Source of the DNA: Octopus bimaculoides
Lineage: Eukaryota
DNA: 64,000 nt
Assembly (NCBI RefSeq): GCF_001194135.2
Contig: NC_068988.1
Coordinates: 2,906,879 to 2,970,878 of the forward strand
Reading direction: 5' to 3'
The position numbers and the translations under genes were made by a program. Position 1 is the first letter of the stretch, and each line of letters begins with the position of its first letter. Under the pieces are notes generated by a model. It was given only the letters and a program-made list of their open reading frames with translations, did no database searches and was not told where the DNA came from. Shown piece after piece: positions 48,190 to 60,430 of this stretch.

Positions 48190-48583
48190 TACAAGCATTA
48201 TTGTGTGGCAAGAAGTTTGTTTTCCAACCACATGGTCTCAGGTTCAGTCCCACTGCATGGTACCTTGGGCAAGTGTCTTTTACTGTAACCTCGGGTTGAC
48301 CAAAGCCTTGTGAGTAGATTTAGTAGATGGAATCTGAAAGAAGCCTATTGTATATGTATGTGTGTGTGTGTCTTTATGCCTGTGTTTGTCCCCCACCACT
48401 ACCTGACAACCAGTGTTGATGTGTTAACATCCCTGTAACTTAGTGGTTCAGCAAAAAAAAAAAATAACAGAATTGGTATCAGACTTAAAAATAAAATAAG
48501 TACTGGAGTTGATTTGTTTGACTAAAATGTTCCTTAAGGTGGTGCTCCAGCATGGCCACAGTCTAATGACTGAAACAAGCAAA
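48190..48583 (+). mobile_element. SINE family C, full length
   Basis: TGTGTGGCAAGAAG...GGTTCAGTCCCACTGC head, central TG repeat, tail GGTGGTGCTCCAGCATGGCCACAGTCTAATGACTGAAACAAG. Confidence 0.9.
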
Positions 48584-49124
48584 CGATGACAGATATATTT
48601 CATTTGCTGTTGCACATTTAAACATGTAGGAAAAGTAAGATATCTCCTATACAAAATTCTAGAAGAATCTCTAATAGGAGATACACATATTCTACTACTT
48701 GTACAATTCTGTAAATCCTATTAACAAAGGAAACGTGTGTAATGGTAAATAAATAATGCCAACACTTTTTTTCCAGTATCCTGTTTTGATACGTATGTAT
48801 GCATGTATGTATCTATACACACATATATATAGAAACACACAAAAGGACCAATATATTAATTAGACTATCCACTAATCTGCTTGTTTAATTTGTGACTGCA
48901 TTATAAGCAGCTTATCTATAGTATCAGTTAGAGAAGCAAGATGGAAGCATCTGTCATGAGAAGTAGTCAACAAGCTGTGAAACAGTCTTGAAGAAGCTGC
49001 ATCTTTTCTTCCCATACATCAGTGGTATAAAATGGCTGTATTTACATTATTATTTAGCCAACAGTGATGTTTATAATATTTAATTTCCCTTTAGTTCTTC
49101 AGAGACATGCTGTGTTTCATATAA

Positions 49125-49381
49125 ATACTGCTGTTTGTGCTGGTGCCACATTAAAAGCATCCACGCTGGTGCCATGTAGCAGGCACCTGTGCCAGTGACA
49201 GATAAAAAATACAAAGTACACTCTGTAAAGTGGTTGGCATTAGAATGGGCATCCCGCTGTAGAAACCATACCAAAACAGACAGTTGAAGCCTGGTGCAGC
49301 TCTCACAGGCCAGCTACTGTCAAACCATCCAACCCATGCCAGCATGGAAAATGGACGTTAAAGGGTGAAGATGATGATGAT
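49125..49381 (+). mobile_element. RTE LINE 3' UTR copy (family A variant)
   Basis: GTGGTTGGCATTAGAATGGGCATCCCGCTGTAGAAAC...CCAACCCATGCCAGCATGGAAAATGGACGTTAAA. Confidence 0.85.
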
Positions 49382-50454
49382 ATAAACCCATACACTCACT
49401 AATAATCTTGTGTATTATACAATTTGCTTCCAATTTTCTGCACTATTTTCAGACTGGTCTTCTGCCTAACTAAGATATTCTTATTCACTGTTGGCTTAAA
49501 TGCAAATTTCTAAATTGCTTGAATATATTTTATTTAACATTCCTGCCTCTTAAAATATGCTTTTCTCTTCACCTTTCACCTGAACTATTTTTATTCTTAT
49601 ATTTTACTACCGGTTCACATCCCACTTCTATTTTCTGTAACCCTTTAATAAAAATAATTATGTGAAATATCGACCCTAAATATGTATTACCTCATATCTT
49701 TTGCTGTGTTTACTGATTCAGGAGTCTTTGAATGTATTTGAACTTGTTGACATCTGATTGAAGAATAAAATGATAAATCAAAAAAGCAACACATGGCTCT
49801 GTGGTTATGAAGTTCATTTCACAACCATTAGGTTCCAGGTTCAACTCCCATTGTGTGGATATGAGTTACTTAGGACCATGCAAATGAAATTTGGTAGATT
49901 GAAACCATGCCCTTCACATACCCATACACAAACAAGCAAACACACACTAAACGCACACACACATACACCTCATCTTTCCCTTCATCTCACAACTTTTCCC
50001 ACTCCTCCTCCTCCTCCTCCTCCTCCTCCTCCTCCTCCTCCTCCTCCTCCTCCTCTTCCACCTCATTCCATTCCACTTTCTTTTTTCCTTCTTCACCCTG
50101 TTTCTCTCTTTTACCAATTCCTGTTCTCTATGAATCTCCTTGCTCTTGTGCTACTTATCAGTTGCAGCCAATTTAGAAGATGCAAGACCCTCCTATCTCT
50201 CATTAAGTTCTCTTCAGTTAACTTTTCTCTAAAGAAGGAATTTCTCTAAATTTTTGAATTTTTCACTCCTTTCAGGAAGTTCCCTGTTCTATTTTTATTG
50301 ATTTTACTAAATAATAAATGTCTTTCTGATCCAAATTAGCATGTGTCTCTTTTGTTTCTGTTTGACTGCGTACATAAGTAGTCCTTTCTCTGTTTAATTT
50401 CGAGTAACTTTTGATTGGCCTCCTACTTGGTAGCAAGTTTGTAAAGGAAAGCAA

Positions 50455-50625
50455 CTTGGAGTAAAGATTGTTTGCCAACGTAACATGGCAGTCCTGGTTT
50501 AGGACGACTGTTGCTGTAATTTAGCCCCAAGAGACATCGTCTCCAGCTGGCTATACAACACAATCTGTGTCCTTATATTTTCAAACAAAGGAATGTAGCA
50601 CCCTCGCTCAGCTCAGAACAACAAT
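50455..50625 (+). repeat. Interspersed repeat family E copy
   Basis: Aligns by eye with 43190-43355 over about 165 bp. Confidence 0.85.
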
Positions 50626-52816
50626 ATCTGTGTATCACAATTTCCAGATATTGTAATCATTTGTATAAATTCAGGATTTGTGTTTTCTCCTCAAAATCCT
50701 AATCCAAGCCATACTTTCCTCCAGATTGGTCAGTATGTATTTGGTTGTTCTAATAAGAATAATAATAGGTATGAAGTTGAAAGTTTGTGTATGTATGTAT
50801 ACATGCTTACATCTTTCAATGCTTATCGATGAAGGATGTAAACATTATTGAAAAACTATTATTCTTCTATGTCCATAAGTTACAAATACTCTCTTGTCAC
50901 TTTCACTATCAGAAATATTGCAAAACAGTGATTGGTCCATTGGCAATATGTCACCAATGTTACTATTGTCCACAATTTGTGAAGTAAAATAAGTAAATAA
51001 ATAAATAAATAAGTAAATAAATAAATAGCACACAAAATTAAACATACATTGAAGATACCAAATTCATGTAATTATTTGACTTCACTATTTAGAGTGATAA
51101 GTTTAGTTCTGCAGTTAGTGTTTGGAAATAGTTCTTTTAGTTTTGAGCCTAATCTTAACAAAATACTTGAGGAAACATGTATGTGGTTAAATGACTTGCA
51201 AGAAATAACAGATAAAACTCCCTCAAATTACAATTTTTATATCATAATTAAGGCAGAATATAATTGAAAATATAGTTCTAAGTATCCTTAAAAATGGAAG
51301 GATCATTGTTGGAGTGTTTTTGATCATAGTTCTGTTCAATCAGGTCTGACCTGGTGCTAAAACAGCAGCAACTTCATTCAACATGATTTTCAGAAATAAT
51401 GTCTACAAGGTGCTGAAATATTTACCACATAATCATAAAATATAGATTTCAAGCTGATAATGTATTTTGTGTGTGGACAAGATGCACATATTTGCTTGCA
51501 CAAGTTTGTCTCACGGGAAACTGTATTCCATTCTTGTTGAGTGTTGAAGAATGAAAAGGGTGGCTTGATGCAAAAAAAATATACATAAAGCAATGTTACT
51601 CTAAAATTGTTCCTAGAAATCTAACTACTCTACAAAGAAATAAAAATGAACTTATGCCAGTGAAAAACAATCTATTAATACAAAAACATCTGCTGGTAAG
51701 ACAGACAGGCAAGTTATATAGTTAATATTCAAAGCTGATATTTGTATTATTCCAGACTATCTGAATCTGCAAAAACCAAATACTCGCATACAGGTACAAT
51801 CCATTAAAAAAGGAACATCTATGAGACCATTCAACATTTTAGAAATAGCAGCTGATTTTTCTCAAGTCACACCTTTGAAAAATTAAGGAAATATTGCAGA
51901 ATCAAATTAAACACATATAAATATCAGGATAGTTACAATTGGAATGTCTTTAATCATAAATCTGTTTGACCAGGCCAGCCTGGGGCTAAAATAAAAAAAA
52001 TGACCCCAGACAATTAACACCTGTAAATTCGCTTCTATTGAATTACAATATCTGTAGTGAGAAGAGCCTGTAAACTTTCATTATTTGATATTCCATGAAG
52101 CTATTGGAATCGGTTCGTGTACATGTGTCTCTTTCTGTTGCATGCAACATTTTACTGTAGTTCTAATAGACTGAATTAGTCTTATAGCCACCATTGCAGC
52201 TGTCTACAACAGAATGATCTTAAAGAGAGGTAACACCTATCAATGTAGCACACATGTGATGGTCTACTAATATCTCTCTCACAAAACTAAGTTTTTCAGG
52301 ACCAACATTAATTATGCAAAGCTAGATTAACAAACTGAGATAATTTCCTTCAGCAAAGGCAATGGTGCATAATAACAGTTTAATAACAGTGAACATTACT
52401 TAAACTGCATCACAAATTCAACAGTTCCCCTAGTTTAACGAAGTACTAATGTTAAACAAAGAGAAAATAATGAATGTAGATTAGAAATCTATTATTTATT
52501 GGAACTGTCTATTGAAATCAGACATAAATCTAACAGGTCTTTAATATTCTTTAGTCAACAATTACAATAAGGTTTATGTCAGACCCATTTGTGTCTCATT
52601 TTTCTCTTCTACTTAATTGATTTCACTTAAAATGCTTTTTTTCCCCTTTATAATTCCATTCACCCTTTAACTTTCTTTGTCTAGCAGAAGATTTATAAAA
52701 AAAAGACAACGATGGATTTAGAGATTTTGAAATATGTTAATATTTTTTACTTTCTGTTTGTCTGTTGAAGCATTTTTCAGGAATCAAAATACTTATTCTG
52801 CTGTTATATATGTATG

Positions 52817-52862
<46 letters not shown>

Positions 52863-52877
52863 CATATATACACACAT

Positions 52878-53498
52878 ATGAGGACAGATATGTGAAAAAG
52901 TGTTACACCCTAGCAGTTGAGGGAACCTGTGGAAGAGGTAGACCCAAGAAGACCTGGGATGAGGTGGTGAAGCACGACCTTCAAACATTGGACCTCATGG
53001 AGGCAATGATGAGTGACCAAGACCTTTGGAGATAAGCTGTGCTTGAGAGGACCCAGCAAGCCAAGCGAGACCGTAACTGTTGCCTATGCCAGTGCAGCAT
53101 AACCGGCCCATTTAAGAGTACCCTTCAATCACTGGGCAATAAACTGTGCTTGCGAAGACCTGTTGAGTCAAGTGAAGTCATTGTCGTGGCTGATACCAGT
53201 ACAGCCTGACTGGCACCAGTGCTGGTGGCATGTAAAAAGCACCATTCGAGTGTGGCTGATACCAGTGGCACCTGACAGGTACTGTGCTGGTGGCATGTAA
53301 AAAGCACCACTCAAGCATGGTCGATGCTAGTACTGCCTGACTGGCCCTCATGCTGATGGCACAAAAGAAGCACCCACTACACTCTTGGAGTGGTTGGCAT
53401 TAGGAAGAGCATCCAGCTGTAGAAACTTTGCCAGATCAGACTGGAGCCTGGTACAGCTTTCTGGCTTGCCAGCCCTCAGTCAAACCATCCAACCCATC
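52878..53498 (+). mobile_element. RTE LINE 3' fragment: ORF2 C-terminus plus family A 3' UTR with three ~65-bp repeats
   Basis: VKKCYTLAVEGTCGRGRPKKTWDEVVKHDLQTLDLMEAMMSDQDLWR (GRGRP..TW...D...W motif) running into the family A sequence; tail missing. Confidence 0.92.
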
Positions 53499-54115
53499 AC
53501 TATCCCCTGTCATAATCGAAAATAATGACTGCAAAAACCCAAACCCTCCCCATTTAAATCACCCACCACACTCACAAGAACCGACAGCAGTGAAGGCCCA
53601 CACTTCACCTTTAAGTTGCCAGTTATTTCAAACATTAAATAATGCTCCTTTATATGGTGCGATTTGAGAGATATTTAGCTGCCATTTTCTGCAGGTTAAT
53701 TGACTCTGCAGTGCATCTGTCATTTGTTGAGGAACAAGCGAGAGTATATACAAGATGTGAAGTTATGATTATTCTTATATGAAGCTAAATGCCAAAATGC
53801 TGCCTGAGGATATTGGTTCTGGTTAAGAAATACACAAACCTCATCACATATGCATTAAAACAATTTTAATTGCAATCAAGTTTGTTTTATAATGAATAAT
53901 TAATAACAGTATTGTCTTAAAGAACGTTTAGCTTGTTGTTTCATGCCTATATAATCTGACATTTTAGTCACAAGTTCACTGGTTCTGTGACCTTCTGTTA
54001 ATAAATGGAGACAATGGAGCAAATGAAGAACATAACAATGATTTCAACATAGAGCCATTCCATTGCGGCTACTATCATTTTCTATTGGATTTAGCTGCTG
54101 CTGCTGCTGCTGCTG

Positions 54116-54169
<54 letters not shown>

Positions 54170-54228
54170 TTACTAATAATAATAATAGTAATAATAATAA
54201 TAATAATAGCAATAACAACAACAATAAT

Positions 54229-54428
54229 AATGGTTTCAAATTCTGCCACAAGGGCAACAATTTTGGGGGAGGGGATGAGTTGATTACATCGACCCCAGTG
54301 TTCAACTGGTGTTTATTTTATCGACCCTGATAGGCAAAGTTGACCTTGGTGGAATTTGAACTCAGAATGGGTGAAATACCACTAAGCATTTTGTCCAGAA
54401 CGCTAATGATTCTACCAACTCGCTGCCT

Positions 54429-54430
<2 letters not shown>
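54229..54430 (-). mobile_element. SINE family B copy
   Basis: GGCAAAGTTGACCTTGGTGGAATTTGAACTCAGAA...GCTAATGATTCTACCAACTCGCTGCC. Confidence 0.85.
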
Positions 54431-54504
<74 letters not shown>

Positions 54505-54514
54505 ACTACCCCTT

Positions 54515-54547
<33 letters not shown>

Positions 54548-54570
54548 GTAATAATAATAATAATAATGAT

Positions 54571-54726
54571 AGAGGTTTCAAACTTTGGCACAATGCCAGC
54601 AATTTTGGGAGGGGTAAACTGGTTAGATTGATCCCCAATATACAGTTGGTACTAACTTTATCAACCTCGAAAAGACGAAAGGCATTTGAACTCAGAACAT
54701 AAAGAGAGACAAGATGTGCTAAGCAT
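54571..54726 (-). mobile_element. SINE family B copy
   Basis: GGTTTCAAACTTTGGCACAATGCCAGCAATTT...CATTTGAACTCAGAAC. Confidence 0.75.
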
Positions 54727-54732
54727 TTAATG

Positions 54733-54779
<47 letters not shown>

Positions 54780-54905
54780 GTCCTTGCTGCTGCTGCTACC
54801 ACCATATAGTTTCCATTTTATGCAATGCCACAGTTCTGAGATTTATGTTTGCCAACATAACTATCTCACATCCTTGTTGTGGCAGGTTTCACCTGAACAC
54901 CTCTA

Positions 54906-54919
54906 GTTTCCATAGCAAC
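54906..54919. promoter_or_regulatory. RFX X-box-like motif in unique sequence
   Basis: GTTTCCATAGCAAC fits the X-box pattern; motif match only. Confidence 0.25.
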
Positions 54920-55085
54920 GGCTCAGGAGCTAAAATATACAGCAACAGTAAGAGAAAACAACATCCTCGATGGACTGAACATATAGTCTGAAATAGTTCT
55001 AATAAACCATTTTGATCACTGAGCAGAGGTTGATCGATATTGAAGTGATGCAATCACTAAAACCAATGCAAAAACTGGTTGTATT

Positions 55086-55705
55086 GGTCATCGTCATCGT
55101 CATCGTCATCGTCATCATCATCGTCATCGTCATCGTCATCTTCATCATCATCGTCATCATCATCATCATCGTCATCGTCATCATCATCGTCATCGTCATC
55201 ATCATCGTCATCGTCATGTATTATTTGATGAGAGTGCCCTGATGACACTATAGTGAAAGTCATCCTGATTAAGTCTAAATTCTTCAGCTTCTTTGCCAAC
55301 TCTTGGCCAACCACCTTCTCATATTGTCCATCCATTGTGTTCTTTGTTTGCCTCTTGATCAAATGCCCTCTACTCATCTTTTTGTGATAATGTTTTCCAG
55401 ACCTCTGCTTCCTTGAACATGGCCATAATAGATGAGCTTTTGTTTTTTCACAACGTTCAGGAGTTGTCTTCCATCTGACTTGTTATAACACCAATTTCTT
55501 TGTCTGATTATCCTTACACACCCTCATTTCTAATGCAATGATTATATTCACTTCAAACTTGTTCAGAGTCCATGCTTCACCACCATAAATGCCTACTGGC
55601 CAAAGGAGTGCTTGCGCCACCCTTATTTTAAACATAATTGAGACATTTTTGCTGGGCCACATGTTATTAAGCTTTTCCGCAGACATTCTTGTCATAGCTA
55701 GCAAT
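55086..55705 (-). pseudogene. RTE (BovB-like) LINE 3' fragment with (GAT/GAC)n tail
   Basis: Minus strand: KLNNMW...NVSIMFKIRVAQALLWPVGIYGGEAWTL...LLNVVKKQKLIYYGHV...WMDNM, then GAT/GAC repeats at 55086-55217. Confidence 0.85.
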
Positions 55706-55740
55706 GTCCCATTTTGCTAGCAATCACTAAAAACATGATT

Positions 55741-56150
55741 GTTCACACAATTAAAAGCTTTTGGTTGGTTTGATGTAATCAAAGATTTACCAAAGTTAGG
55801 TTTATCAACCACTTACTCTAATGTAGAATTTGTCAAAGATAAATCTGCCAGGAATTGCACAGGTCTGTGTACTTTTGGTCCTTCAACATTTGAGCAAACC
55901 ACAGCTGAAAACCCCAACACGTCTGCCAGCAACCAAATAACACATAATCCTCATGGCTCATTGATGACTTAATTTTGATATGCTATTACGTTACACTTTT
56001 GAAACTTTGATTCACTAGATGGCCTTCACTGCTTCATGTCTAAGAGCCAGTATGCCTTAGTTCTGACAAAGCAGCCAATATATTCATCATAAAAGAAGTG
56101 TTATGTCCCAATTTTGCTGCCAGCACATCAGGTGTGATAGCTTTTACTAA
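55741..56150 (-). pseudogene. L1/Tx1-clade reverse transcriptase fragment
   Basis: Minus strand QTCAIPGRFIFDK (55844-55867 encodes QTCAIPGR) and QPKAFNCVN (55741-55767), matching QTCAIPGR.I.DN and DQ.KAFD.V.H of Tx1-like elements. Confidence 0.6.
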
Positions 56151-56674
56151 TTGCCTCTTCTAATCTGTAGATTCTTTTGCTTTTTTTTTTTTCTTTTGTA
56201 ACTCCATTTCTCTGCTATATCCTATCAATTCTATAATAGTGGGTTCCTTCTTCCAAAAGACTCACTGCCAGTAAATGTTGGTCTCCCTCCTCTCATCCTC
56301 AACATTTACCAATAAGTCTATCATTCCAAGGTTACAGTGAATATAGAGAGCGAGTTACCGGGATAAAAGTTTAGAAATTTTGGTTCCAACCACTTAAGCT
56401 GAGAGTAAAGTGTCTGGTAGTTATCAATAAATAGAGAAAATTAACTAATTTTGGCAGGAATGATAGAAAACGCAGGAAGAATAATAGCCAGAGTGCTGAA
56501 GAAATTAGAGATAAGAGAGCGTTCTTGTGTGATGATACAGCTGTGTGGTGAGAATTGTCGGGACAAAGGTCACATGATTAGTGATAAGGAAGAGAGTAAG
56601 ATGGAGAAACAAAAACATGAAAGATTTGGAAGAGGAGGAGTGGAAGAAGAAGACGAGAGAAGGAAGGAGTAGGT

Positions 56675-56763
56675 TGGTAGTAATAATAACAACAATGAAC
56701 AGGTAGAGGGTAATAATAATAATAATAATAACAACAACAATAGCAACAATAAAATAATAAAAA

Positions 56764-56795
<32 letters not shown>

Positions 56796-56985
56796 AATAA
56801 TAACAACAACAACAACAACAACAACAACAATAATAACAATAATAATAATAGTAGTAGTAGTAGTAGTAGTAGTAACAAGAAGAAGAAAAAGAAGAAGAAG
56901 AAGAAGAAGAAGAAGAAGAAGAAGAAGAAGAAGAAGAAGAAGAAGAAGAAGAAGAAAAAGAAAAAGAAGAAGAAGAAGAAGAATG
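56675..56985. repeat. Compound trinucleotide microsatellite (AAT/AAC/GAT/TAG/GAA)
   Basis: Seen directly; explains ORFs 56570-57060. Confidence 0.95.
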
Positions 56986-57527
56986 GCAAATTTCAGAGAG
57001 CAAGGCTAACAAAGCATGTTGTATTGAAGGAGTGAAGAGAGACATAAAAAAGAGTGACATAAAAAAGAGAGCCTGTGTTGATTCTCCTCGTGTAGGTATT
57101 TGAGAGAAATTGTGAAAGGTTGAATGTGTTGGCCGTTACCTTAATATATTTGCTTCTTAAGCTTTTTTATGCCAGAAAACTAAGTTTCTTCCAACCTGGT
57201 AATTATTCTCCTTGTTACTCTGCTTTATCTGATTACAGCAGCTGTTGAAAAGTATCTGACTTTCTTTGGATAATCACTTCAAAGAAAGGTTCTAATCTTT
57301 GAGAAAGAGAGAGAGAAGAAAAAGAAATATGAATAAATAATTAAATAAATAATTAGAAATGCAGGAATAATAAAAAAGCAAAAACAAGACAGACAATGCG
57401 CAATTGTATATAAAAAGTGTATTTCAAGCCATGTGGATGTGAGAAGAAAGATTAAGATGAGCATGATATTGATCACAAGGCAAATTGTGTGTGGGAGTGT
57501 ATGCTCTCTCTATATATAAACATGTTC

Positions 57528-57587
<60 letters not shown>

Positions 57588-58005
57588 NNNNNNNNNNNNN
57601 NNNNNNNNNNNNNNNNNNNNNNNNNNNNNNNNNNNNNNNNNNNNNNNNNNNNNNNNNNNNNNNNNNNNNNNNNNNNNNNNNNNNNNNNNNNNNNNNNNNN
57701 NNNNNNNNNNNNNNNNNNNNNNNNNNNNNNNNNNNNNNNNNNNNNNNNNNNNNNNNNNNNNNNNNNNNNNNNNNNNNNNNNNNNNNNNNNNNNNNNNNNN
57801 NNNNNNNNNNNNNNNNNNNNNNNNNNNNNNNNNNNNNNNNNNNNNNNNNNNNNNNNNNNNNNNNNNNNNNNNNNNNNNNNNNNNNNNNNNNNNNNNNNNN
57901 NNNNNNNNNNNNNNNNNNNNNNNNNNNNNNNNNNNNNNNNNNNNNNNNNNNNNNNNNNNNNNNNNNNNNNNNNNNNNNNNNNNNNNNNNNNNNNNNNNNN
58001 NNNNN

Positions 58006-58072
<67 letters not shown>

Positions 58073-58899
58073 ATCAGGGATGTGCCACTTAGGTAGGCAA
58101 GGTAGGCAGTGCCTACCTTGAATAAAATAGATCGATAGCAACATTTTCCTTTTATGGCAAAATATGCACCTAATTCAATAAAATTATGAAGGTTAGTCTG
58201 ATTACTATGCATAAAATGCAAAATCTTTATATAAGAGACAGACAGGTAGGTAACTAGATAGATATGGCTTTATACACAAACACAGACACACATGTGCACA
58301 CATACATACATCTCAAGACAAAAGAATAGAAACATTTGCTATATTTTTAATTCCATGTTACACACGTTTCATTAGAGGATAAAAGTTACAAAGGTATACA
58401 GGTATGAGAAAATATATAGAATCTCCTATCTGTAATTCTGCAGACTACGATTCAAAGTGCCATTTACTTGTAACTATGGGCAGTTCTAGTGACTTGTCAT
58501 GTTATTATCAGGGATAGAAACCAGTTGCCACAAGAAACCTATTCCTCCATGAATAATAGTAGACCTTGATGGAGTGTAGTGAATTTATCAGAGGTCCACA
58601 GGAAAATTGGTAAAATGAGTTATTTGCATTCCCTTGAGGGAAGCATATACACACAGTGTTTTCTTCCTGAACACCTGGTTACTTCCTGTCTGGGCAAACA
58701 CATTGACATCAATATCAAAGATTGTAAATGTTAATGTGGATATAATTTGTGAGATTTAAAACTTTAATTTTATTGAATATTAATTACTGCATTAATTAAT
58801 TTAAATAACCATTCATTAATGTAGCAATGATGAGTAGAAAATTGATTTTAAATTGCTGTCACTACCACTTTATTTTAAAATTAAATTTTGAATAAGAAA

Positions 58900-59850
58900 A
58901 TGAAGAGTGCTGTTAGTCCAAGACTGCAAAGGGTAGCTGATTTTGTAGTGTAGTTGAAGTACTCGGATGAATATGTTAAATTTGGATTTATTTGTCATGA
59001 AAAATATGCTATGGATTAACCAGTATCTTTAATGCTTTATAAGTTTGGCTAAAGTTGCAACGAAGCTATGAAATGAAAATTTCATTTAGAAAAAGAAATG
59101 AATCTTCTAAACTTAGTTCATTTGATATAAAGTTCGTATCAATTGTCTGTTATCAAGTTTCCAATGATATCCTTTTGAAACTGCCAGAACTTTTTTTTAC
59201 AAAAATGTCCAAAGAAGTGCAAACTTCAAAGGTTGTTACATACAACAAAGAGCTCAGGTCAAAAGATTGCCTCACGCCATTTGGTGAGCAATTTAATTGA
59301 CCATATGCTAAACACATTCCACAAACTGTTCTGGATTATGTCACAGATAAATTGAATCATATTTCTCTTTCTAGTTACAGGCAGGTGAGGGAATTATCAA
59401 AGAACATCAACAATCAAGTAATTAACGTAATTAATGAAGCCAAAGGTTTTCTTATTCTGACCACAGCCAACTTTGTTGATGTCATGGAAACTGCTGCTGA
59501 GTTTCTCAATGCCAATGGTCTACATTGGGAAAATCTTGTAGGTGCTTCTTTTGATGGTGCACCAGTCAAGCTGGATTCAAATTGAAGCATTCAAAGATTG
59601 ATGAAAGAACCTCCAAGAACATATCTACAATGGCAGGTAAAACATTACCATGTACTTTGGATTCTGTGTTTAAAGAGAACATTAACTTAGCTAATTATGT
59701 TAAATCTCTACAGCTCTAAACACAAAGTTCTTCAAAATTTCTATCAAGATATGGGGTCATGGCCTTCTGCTAAAAATGTCTAAATGAATGTTTCTAAGTT
59801 GGAGCTAAACATGTTCTTACAGACTCAGGAAAAGCAAGAATTCTACTGCA
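58900..59850 (+). pseudogene. Degenerate hAT (Charlie/Buster-type) transposase
   Basis: KYSDEYVKFGF (58957), NEAMK (59059), KLNHISLS, LHWENLVGASFDGAP (DGAP at 59553), KTLP...ANYVKS, matching ZBED5/Buster-type motifs; many stops and deletions. Confidence 0.85.
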
Positions 59851-59999
59851 TTTACTGGAGTGTGTTTATATCTTGTCTGTCGGAATTACAGCAACATTAG
59901 TCCTAGACCAGGACTTCCATGTTATATTGGCAAAAAATCTTTACTACAAAGTACTGTTGTTGAATTTACAAATAGTAGTTTTCTAAATATTTCCAAGTC

Positions 60000-60430
60000 A
60001 ACAAAATTGGTTTTCTTCAGGGTGTCTATTGAAAATATTCTTCTCTATGGCCACTTGAGCTGAGAAAAAGAAACTTCCATATTACCTTCATGGTACATAC
60101 ACCGTATTTCTCATAAGGTCTTAAAAACACCTCAAGCTATAAAGACAAGCCCATAATATGAGATTTATGGACACATCCCACTCATCTCTGCTATTGTTGC
60201 TCAAAAATGAGGAGGCTTTTCTAGTACCTTCTATTGTGTAGAACAATAGGCCAAAGCAGATGTTATTTTTTGAAGATTTCCACAACCTGAGAGACAACAA
60301 AGCCCACTCAACTAAATTGATGAAATTGTCTGAGACAGACAACATGAAATTGAGGACATACCATAGTTAATAAATGACAGAGATTCCTAGAGCACAATGG
60401 TGAAAAACATCTCAGCTTTTGCTTCTTGAG
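60000..60430 (+). pseudogene. RTE-X-like LINE 3' fragment
   Basis: KLVFFRVSIENILLYG...LHGTYT...MRRL...IEDIP*LINDRDS*STMVKNIS, matching K..FFRA.VES.LLYG...LDG.YT...DR..W. Confidence 0.7.

Noticed and set aside
55239-55262. CTGATGA...GAAA hammerhead-like motif
   Set aside because: No valid purine-pyrimidine closure of stem II and no stem I; lies antisense within an RTE end.
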